This document shows positions 56,888 to 64,000 of a DNA stretch of 64,000 nucleotides, in pieces. This DNA is from an uncultured Chlamydiae bacterium (lineage in GTDB: Bacteria; Chlamydiota; Chlamydiia; Chlamydiales; Parachlamydiaceae), in contig CAWHMU010000045.1 in assembly GCA_963830365.1 (NCBI GenBank), positions 96,001 to 160,000 of the forward strand. Direction: 5' to 3'. The notes under the pieces were generated by a model. That model was not told where the DNA came from and ran no database searches. It saw only the letters and a list, made by a program, of their open reading frames with translations. How positions within the stretch are numbered: the first letter of the stretch is position 1; the number at the start of each line of letters is the position of its first letter. The translations under genes were made by a program, and so were the position numbers.

Positions 56888-59795
56888 ATTCGGTTTCCAA
56901 TTTTTCTTGTGCTTTTTTGGCCCATAGGCCCCCTTTTTTGGTCATCGATTCCAACTGTTTGCGCGCAAGTTCGGGGCGTCCTTGCTGCTGATAGGTTTCG
57001 GCGCGTAAATACATGGCTTTCAGTCGCAATGATGAAATGGCATCGTCATTTACCACTTTGGATAATATCAAAATGGCATTGTCAAATTGGCCAAGTCCGC
57101 CATAGCACTGGCTTTGCTGGATCCATAGGTCCAGGCGTTGATCGGTACTGAGCAGGTGGTTGCCTTTGGCACTTTCTTCGGCAAATTTAAGAGATTCCAG
57201 CGCTTGGCTGTATTCTTTGTTGCGCATGGCAATTTCGCCTTTTTCATACCATACGCGGGAAAGGAAGTAGCCGCGGGTGACATTTGCCAGGCGATAGCGG
57301 TCTAGCATGTCAGCCAGCACCTTTTCGGCGGCGCTATCATTTTGTGCTTTAATAAATGTCTGGGCCAGCCAGTAGGAGCTTTCCTCATAGATGGCGGGAT
57401 AGGTTTCATTGACAAACAACAGTTTGGTATAGGGATGCTTTAGCATTTCGAAGTCCTGGACCAGGCCGGTAAAGACTTCTTCGGCATATTCCAAGTAGAT
57501 TTGGCGCTTGGCTCCCTGAGATTCCTCGGCGATGGCCAGATTTGCCATGGCGCGTTCCAGCGTGGCGCGGTAGCGCACGGCTACATAATAGTCGAGCTTG
57601 TCGGCTGGAATGAGTTTTCTTTCATTTAAGTTGTCAAAAAGCGTTTCCACTTCTTGGAAAGCATCGATGGCATCTGTCAGGCTTTTTTTGCGCAACCATT
57701 TACCTTCAGGGGATTTGCGGTCGCGCTTGTAATCCAATCCGATCAAGTAGTTGGCTTCGATGAGAAATGGGGTGTCGGGATAGCGTTCGCCAAAATTTTG
57801 CAGGTGCTTGATGGCAGCTCTTTGTCCTTGCAAATAGTCAGCAAAGGTATACAAGCTGAAATAGGCCTCCGCGGCATAGGGGGAGTTGGCATAATGATCG
57901 AAAGTCTGGTGCCGCCGCTGCTGGCCAATGGCTGCATCTTTTTGCATTTTGTCGGCGCAGCATGCCGCCCAAAACCAAGCTTCGCCGGCCAAAGGGGAGG
58001 CGGGGTAGCTATTGGCCAGCTGCAGATAGCTGTCTTCCGCCGCCGTATAATTGCCGTCGTGATAATGCATGGCGGCAAGATGACGCAGGGCCTTGTCGCC
58101 AAATTTGCCGTCAGCGCGCGTGGCGGCGGCCTTTAGAGATCGCTCGGCGAGGGCGGCAAATTTCCCCGTTAGGTCATGGCTGGCTAGTCGGGCAGCGAAA
58201 AAGCCATGCAGATAAAGGATTTCATCGGGGCTTTCCATGGCCTGCCAAAGATGGGCATGTTCATTCATCAGCGCTTCAATGATGTTAAAGGCTTGCATGT
58301 TGGCTTGCGGAGTGGTGGTATAGCTGACGGCCAGGGCCTGATATTTCAGTGCCATGCCGGCTTGAGCCGGCTGAACATGCCTTAGCAGATCGAAGGCTTT
58401 GCTAAACGCCGTGGATGAGCTTTCAAATGCCGGCTGTGCTTCTTCCGGCTGGTCCGATTGGAAGAGCGAAAGGGCATTTTCAAAGTCGTTCATAGCGCGC
58501 ATATACCAGCCTTTGGCATAAAAGGAGCTGTCGCTATTTGCTTCAAGCGTGAGTTGGCGATACAAGTTGTCACGGGCTACATAGGAAGGGGCCGCTTCGG
58601 CACGCAGCAGCAGGGCTTGGGCTTGGGCCTCGCGCGACACGAATTTTTCTTGTTGCGACAGCAGCGCTTCGGCCTTGGCATAGGCATCGGCTTGGTGCAG
58701 CCGCTTGGCGAGGGTAAGATAATACTGTCCTAAGGCTAGATAGGTTCTTTCATCGGGCTGAATTGAGAGCAGCTTTTTAAAAGTCTCTTCGGCTTGCTTG
58801 AAGTTACTTAATTGACCGGCTGGGTTTTTTAGGGGATCGTCGCCAATTTTAAGAAAGCACCAGCCTAGATAATATAAGGTATCGGCATACCAGCTGCAAT
58901 TTTGCGGCAGGGTTTCGGGCAGGGATGTTTGAAAAAAGTCGCAGGCCTTAGCATATTCATGCAATTGAAAATAGGCTTCGCCTTGCAGGTAATGGAGTTC
59001 AAAATGCAAAGGGTCGGTGGCTGGCGATGGCAGGTGTAGGGCGGACAATAAGGCGGCAGCCTCTCGATAGCTGCCTTGCGCTAGGAGGATGCGGCTTAGA
59101 TATATTTGTGTCAAATAAAGCAGGCGCGGCTTAGTGGTTTGCTGGCTTAAGGTCTCAAAGTGGTTTTTAGCAGCGTCATATTTTTTCCAAAGGAAGTTGG
59201 TCAGGCCGCTTTCAAATTGAGCTTCATCATAAAAAACAGGCGCGGGTGAACTATTGAGATAGCGCTGGAAGGTGTCAATGGCGGCAGCATATTGGCCGGT
59301 GTGCTTATAGGCTAGGGCCATTAGGTAAAGGGAATTAGCTCTGAGATCGGCTAATGGCGGAGAAAGAGGGGTGGCAAAGGATAAATTTGGCTGGAGTGTG
59401 GCAATGGTTTGTGGATATTCGCCTATGGCAAAATAGGCTTGCGCCAAATGAAAGCGAGACTGCATAGCGATTTGTAAAGGGAAGGTTTCGTCAATATCAG
59501 CATCATGATCAGCATCATGATCAGCATCATGAGCTGAATCGCTAGTATGCTTAGCGGTAGCTTCGTTGATCAGCTTCTGATAAAGGGCAATGGCTTGTTT
59601 GTAAAGACCTGCTTCAAAAAGTTCATCGGCAGCAGTCAGGCGGGCATGGCTTTTATTGAAAATTTCCTTAGGGAAACGTGGCGCTGTTTCCAGTTCATCC
59701 CATGCGGCTGCGCCAAGGCATAGTGGAATGGACAGCCATCGGCCAAAGATGCATAGCCACAACAGGCAGAAATATCTGGGCTGGCAAAAAATCAT
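56877..59795 (-). CDS. large tetratricopeptide-repeat protein
   Basis: many TPR-like units; start set near MIFCQP ahead of a hydrophobic segment. Confidence 0.85.
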   Translation of the reverse strand: MIFCQPRYFCLLWLCIFGRWLSIPLCLGAAAWDELETAPRFPKEIFNKSHARLTAADELFEAGLYKQAIALYQKLINEATAKHTSDSAHDADHDADHDADIDETFPLQIAMQSRFHLAQAYFAIGEYPQTIATLQPNLSFATPLSPPLADLRANSLYLMALAYKHTGQYAAAIDTFQRYLNSSPAPVFYDEAQFESGLTNFLWKKYDAAKNHFETLSQQTTKPRLLYLTQIYLSRILLAQGSYREAAALLSALHLPSPATDPLHFELHYLQGEAYFQLHEYAKACDFFQTSLPETLPQNCSWYADTLYYLGWCFLKIGDDPLKNPAGQLSNFKQAEETFKKLLSIQPDERTYLALGQYYLTLAKRLHQADAYAKAEALLSQQEKFVSREAQAQALLLRAEAAPSYVARDNLYRQLTLEANSDSSFYAKGWYMRAMNDFENALSLFQSDQPEEAQPAFESSSTAFSKAFDLLRHVQPAQAGMALKYQALAVSYTTTPQANMQAFNIIEALMNEHAHLWQAMESPDEILYLHGFFAARLASHDLTGKFAALAERSLKAAATRADGKFGDKALRHLAAMHYHDGNYTAAEDSYLQLANSYPASPLAGEAWFWAACCADKMQKDAAIGQQRRHQTFDHYANSPYAAEAYFSLYTFADYLQGQRAAIKHLQNFGERYPDTPFLIEANYLIGLDYKRDRKSPEGKWLRKKSLTDAIDAFQEVETLFDNLNERKLIPADKLDYYVAVRYRATLERAMANLAIAEESQGAKRQIYLEYAEEVFTGLVQDFEMLKHPYTKLLFVNETYPAIYEESSYWLAQTFIKAQNDSAAEKVLADMLDRYRLANVTRGYFLSRVWYEKGEIAMRNKEYSQALESLKFAEESAKGNHLLSTDQRLDLWIQQSQCYGGLGQFDNAILILSKVVNDDAISSLRLKAMYLRAETYQQQGRPELARKQLESMTKKGGLWAKKAQEKLETEYGY
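59496..59531. repeat. 12-bp in-frame tandem repeat x3 (HDAD)
   Basis: (atcagcatcatg)3. Confidence 0.85.
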
Positions 59796-60443
59796 GATGA
59801 ACTCCGCTGTCAGGATACACGATGGCGAATTCAAAATATACCAGGATTTCGTGAAAATTTGACATGTTAAACAGCGCGAAAACTGGCGCGGTTGCATGTT
59901 CGTAAGCCGTCCAATATTTGCAGATATGGGGTGGCTTAAGATCGTGCCATCGGGGAGCTTTGGTGGGTCTAAAATATCAAATGCTCGCCAGATTCTAGTA
60001 GGAAGACTCATCCTGCTTTTTTATGATGCATGCATCCAAAAATTTGGGACTGCCGGCGAAAGTGGCAGGAAATCGTTTTTTTTATGGGCTCTCATAAGTA
60101 CTCTGAAAGCGATAATTCAGCATTTTATGCCGTTTTGCTGTCGTTTTTTCTCATGTAAGGGCTTAAATGGTCTTGATGTCGCCCAAATTCGCATGAAAAT
60201 GATGATGAAAGCGTTTCATGGAAAAAAAAGAGAAGTTTTTTACCCCGCTATTTTTCTAGAGGTTGAACTAGCAAAAAAAGCTGCTATAGATGTACTGACA
60301 GGCGCTATCCTGTTTTTTAAAGGTGATGTTGTCATGTGGAAAAAAACGCATGAATTTCAATATGCTGTGAGAAAAATATTGCACAATATATCCAAAGTTA
60401 ATATTCAGTTAAATTGTCATTAAACCATAAAAAGGAGTCTAAC

Positions 60444-60836
60444 ATGGCAATCAAAGAAACATTCAAACATTTGAAAGATCTTCTGAACCATATCGTTCAT
60501 GATTTGGAAAAAGCAGAAGGCGGTAACAAAGCTGCTTCTCAGCGCGTTCGTACAGGTACTGTAAAGCTTGAAAAGATAGCTAAACTATACCGTAAAGAAT
60601 CGATCAAATCTGAAAAATCGACCAAGGGCACAAAGAAGCCAGCTAAAAAAGCCGCCAAAGCACATGCTCCTAAAAAAGCTGCTGCCAAGCCAAAAGCTGC
60701 ACATCATGCCGTTGCCCATAAAAAAGTAGCTGCCAAGCCAAAAGCAAAAGCACATAAAGCCGTGGCCAGACCACATGCTTTGTCCCTCAAAAAACCTACT
60801 GCTAAGCTACCAGTTAAAAGAGCTTCAGCTAGATAG
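60444..60836 (+). CDS. hctA: histone H1-like protein Hc1
   Basis: DL.KAE.GNKAASQRVRT....LEK.AKLYRKESIK plus K/A-rich tail; AGGAG RBS. Confidence 0.93.
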   Translation: MAIKETFKHLKDLLNHIVHDLEKAEGGNKAASQRVRTGTVKLEKIAKLYRKESIKSEKSTKGTKKPAKKAAKAHAPKKAAAKPKAAHHAVAHKKVAAKPKAKAHKAVARPHALSLKKPTAKLPVKRASAR

Positions 60837-60865
60837 ATTTTTGTTTGTCTGCTAGGAATTTATTA

Positions 60866-60889
60866 GGGGAGGCTTTTGCCTCCCTTTTT
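60866..60889 (+). terminator. rho-independent terminator of hctA
   Basis: gggaggc-tttt-gcctccc followed by T5. Confidence 0.75.
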
Positions 60890-60979
60890 CATTTTTTTCT
60901 CCGCATCATCATCCTTTTCCTGTATGCTCTTGCCAATTCTAATGACATGCTCAATGATCTTTTTAAATTTGGATGAATT

Positions 60980-62422
60980 ATGGCCAAGCGCAATCCACAA
61001 CAATCTGTTGAAGTTGATATCACCAGCTTTTCCAAAAAGGGACATGGCTTCGGCCTGACGGCCGATGAGAAGCTGCGTCAAGTTGAAGTGCCTTTTACAT
61101 TGCCGGGGGATAAAGCGCGCGCTTTGTTGCAACGCAAGCGGGGTGGAACTTTCACTTCACGACTTGAAGAAGTGATTACCCCATCGCCTCTTAGGATCGA
61201 ACCGCGCTGCCAGCATTTTGGGGTTTGCGGCGGCTGTCGCTGGCAGCAACTAGCCTATACGGAGCAATTGAAGATAAAACAAGCTCAAGTAGAAGCCTTA
61301 TTCTGCCATCTGCTGGACCCAGGCGTGGTATTCCATCCAATTTTGGCTTGCGATCCGCCATGGCATTACCGCAATAAGATGGAGTTCAGCTTTTCAAGTG
61401 ATGCCACCGGCCGGCAATTCTTGGGATTGATTATCGATGGCAGCCGCGGCAAGGTGCTCAATATCACCGAATGCCATTTGGTCAATCCATGGATGGTCCA
61501 AACCCTACAGGCAACGCGTGCCTGGTGGCATGAGTCCGGGCTGGCAGCCTTTCATCCCCACTATAATAAGGGGGCGTTGCGCACGCTGACGGTACGGGAG
61601 GGGATGCGCACGGGCGACCGGGCCGTGATGCTGACCGTTTCGGGAAATCCCGAAGATGCGCTCAACCGGCAGCAACTGGATAGTTTTGTGGCTTTTTTAC
61701 GCGATGCCATTGAACCGCTAACGCCAGAAAATAATCTGTGCATCATGTTGCGCATTCAACAGGCCGTCAAGGGCAAGGAAACGACTTTTTACGAGATGCT
61801 TTTATACGGTCCCGATCATATCCGCGAGGTGCTGAATGTTCAGGTTGCTCCGGGGGGTAACATAGATGCATTGACGTTTTCCGTCAGTCCTTCGGCTTTC
61901 TTCCAACCCAACACCCGGCAAGCTGAGCGCCTGTATAGTTTAGGCTTGCAGCTGCTAGACATCCCTGCTGATAGCATCGTATACGATTTATATTGCGGTA
62001 CGGGCACGCTAGGGATTTGCGCAGCCAAATACGCCAAGCTGGTAATCGGTATTGAAATTTCGCCGGAATCATCTTTGGATGCGCGTAGCAATGCGGCAAA
62101 TAACGGCTTGGATAATGTGCATATCCTCACAGGCTCTGCGCGTGATGTGATTAAGGGCATCCGGGACAATCACACCTTTCCTCTGCCCGATGTCGTAATG
62201 GTGGATCCTCCGCGCGCAGGTCTTGATGCCGAAACACTCACACACCTGGCCGAGCTTAGGCCAGGGAAGCTTTTGTATATCTCATGCAATCCTGTCAGCC
62301 AGGCCGAGAATATTAAGGAACTCAAGGCTATGGGCTACCAGATTGCCGCCATCCAGCCTGTCGATCAATTCCCGCATACGATCCACGTGGAAAATATTGT
62401 CCTGCTGGTGCTTGGTGGCTAG
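60980..62422 (+). CDS. rlmD: 23S rRNA (uracil-C5)-methyltransferase RlmD family
   Basis: C.HFGVCGGC.WQ, YRNKMEF, AFFQ.N, DLYCG.G, VDPPRAG, YISCNP, DQFPHT.HVE. Confidence 0.9.
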   Translation: MAKRNPQQSVEVDITSFSKKGHGFGLTADEKLRQVEVPFTLPGDKARALLQRKRGGTFTSRLEEVITPSPLRIEPRCQHFGVCGGCRWQQLAYTEQLKIKQAQVEALFCHLLDPGVVFHPILACDPPWHYRNKMEFSFSSDATGRQFLGLIIDGSRGKVLNITECHLVNPWMVQTLQATRAWWHESGLAAFHPHYNKGALRTLTVREGMRTGDRAVMLTVSGNPEDALNRQQLDSFVAFLRDAIEPLTPENNLCIMLRIQQAVKGKETTFYEMLLYGPDHIREVLNVQVAPGGNIDALTFSVSPSAFFQPNTRQAERLYSLGLQLLDIPADSIVYDLYCGTGTLGICAAKYAKLVIGIEISPESSLDARSNAANNGLDNVHILTGSARDVIKGIRDNHTFPLPDVVMVDPPRAGLDAETLTHLAELRPGKLLYISCNPVSQAENIKELKAMGYQIAAIQPVDQFPHTIHVENIVLLVLGG

Positions 62423-62504
62423 TGTCCGGCGTGATAAATGTTTTCAAAAAAAGGCGCTTACTTTATGTAATTAAAATGCACAGGAAAATTTATAAAGGTA
62501 GCGC

Positions 62505-64000
62505 TTGATGGGGATGTTCAAATTCGGAGGGAAGGGCTTTGTCAGGGTCGCCGGTATAGCGTTTGTTTTTTTACTGATGGCCATCCTCCACTTCAATCCT
62601 GTGTTTATTAGCAGTTGGATCAATTCATTGGAGAACTGGGCTTATGATGTGGGGGTGCGCGCCAATCATCGGCCGCTGGGAAAGGATGACTTAATCACCA
62701 TCGTTGATATCGATGATGCCAGCCTTGAAGCCATAGGTCGATGGCCGTGGTCAAGAGATGTGATGGCAAAGCTGACCGCCAGGCTCTATGAACTCGGTGC
62801 GACGGTGATCGCTTTTGACATTCTATTTTCAGAGTCGGAAGAAAATATCGTAAGTAAAGTGATCAAGGCGGCGCCTAAGGATAGCGACTACCTGTCAAAA
62901 TTGGAAAAGCTGAAGGAGAGTTTCGATTTCGATGCGGCCTTTGCTAAAAGTTTGAAAATGGGTGATTCGATATTAGCCATTGCCTTTAATCAGGAGGGGA
63001 AGTCGGTAGGTACGCTGCCGCCGCCGCTGCTCACCTTGGAAGGGGAGCTGGCCATGTATCTGGATATCCCGGTAGTGACGGGGTATTTAAGCAATGTGGC
63101 CACCCTGGTACAGGCAGTGAAATATGGCGCCTTTACCAACGCCTCACCCGACGAAGATGGCATATTGCGCTTTTCGCCGCTGCTATTGCGCTATGGCAAT
63201 GATGTCTATCCTTCATTAGGGCTGCAAGCGGCAGCGCTCTATTTATTGACCAGCAAAACCACCCTAAAGACTGGCAATTATGGCGGTTTGCCCGCTTTAG
63301 AGGGAGTGCAATTAGATCATATATTTCATTCCAACAGATACTAGGGGCCGCATTCTTATCCCCTATAGGGGGGGGGCCTACACCTTTCCTTTTGTTTCGG
63401 CCAAGGATGTCTTAAATGGCAAAGTAACGACTGAGCAGGTGGCAAATAAAATCATTTTCATCGGAACCTCGGCCACGAGCATGGGCGACTTAAAGGCCTC
63501 GCCGATAGCGCCCTCCTTTATCGGCGTTGAGGTGCATGCCACCATTGCCGCCGGCATTATGGATCACTACCTGCCACATATTCCGGCGTGGGGAAAAGGT
63601 GTTACCTTATTTCTGACTTTTGTGTTTGGACTGTCATGCGCCATTTTATTTCCGCTGCTCGGTCCCGTCACCACCTTCATTGCGGCGCTGGTTTTTCCGG
63701 GCAGCCTGTTCTTGTTTAAAAACTGGATGATGAATAATCATCTGATTGTGCTTTCGGTCATTTTCCCAATTATAGTGATCCTGTTCCTATTTATATTGAA
63801 TATCATTTACGGCTATGTGGCCGAATCGCGTCGGCGTAAAGAGATTAAGTCCTCCTTTGGTCAATATATCCCGCCGGAATATATCGATATCATGCTCAAA
63901 AAAGGCGCAAGCTTCGAATTGGCAGGCGAGAGTAAGGAGCTGTCAGTGCTTTTTGCCGATATCCGGCAGTTCACCAATATGTCTGAGAAGCTGACCGCGC
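62505..64000 (+). pseudogene. CHASE2-domain adenylate/guanylate cyclase, +1 frameshift at about 63325, runs off the window
   Basis: IVDIDD.SL..IGRWPW.R, I.FDILFSE, D.DG.LR; after the shift IPTD..G..LI.Y, GVE.HA, TM helices, F.QY.P, LSVLFADIR.FT.MSE. Confidence 0.8.

Noticed and set aside
59896..60423. 175-aa ORF upstream of hctA
   Set aside because: No recognisable motifs; it spans the divergent promoter region and is probably spurious
63368..63376. G9 tract as a phase-variation switch restoring the cyclase
   Set aside because: The premature stop at 63342-63344 lies upstream of the tract

Overview
64-kb chromosomal window from an environmental member of Chlamydiota, probably Parachlamydiales-like. 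Markers for this are hctA between a TPR gene and rlmD, an NTT/TLC nucleotide transporter, tandem tyrP, a eukaryote-type UDP-sugar pyrophosphorylase (UAP), and the pairs trpS-uvrB and nth-mnmE. The backbone is glgP, pgm, lipoate ligase, SulP, nnr, gpsA, UAP, waaF, ruvCA, nth, mnmE, sdhCAB, tRNA-Ser, tyrP x2, trpS, uvrB, exbBD, hctA, rlmD and a CHASE2 cyclase. Accessory DNA interrupts it in three ways. (1) Three cargo blocks each sit between long (about 0.35-0.85 kb) direct duplications of host-gene DNA. They carry effector-like genes (J-domain protein, ankyrin protein with a putative ADP-ribosyltransferase domain, 957-aa orphan, 174-aa orphan), and one also holds two IS91/ISCR rolling-circle elements. 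(2) At least five non-autonomous TIR elements (MITEs) are present, several with 8-bp target duplications, nested inside each other and inside palindromes. (3) A stereotyped multi-layer palindromic shell recurs at three intergenic sites and at one of them encloses a foreign-looking gene. No CRISPR array or rRNA was seen. All calls come from reading the sequence and motifs by eye; no searches were run.
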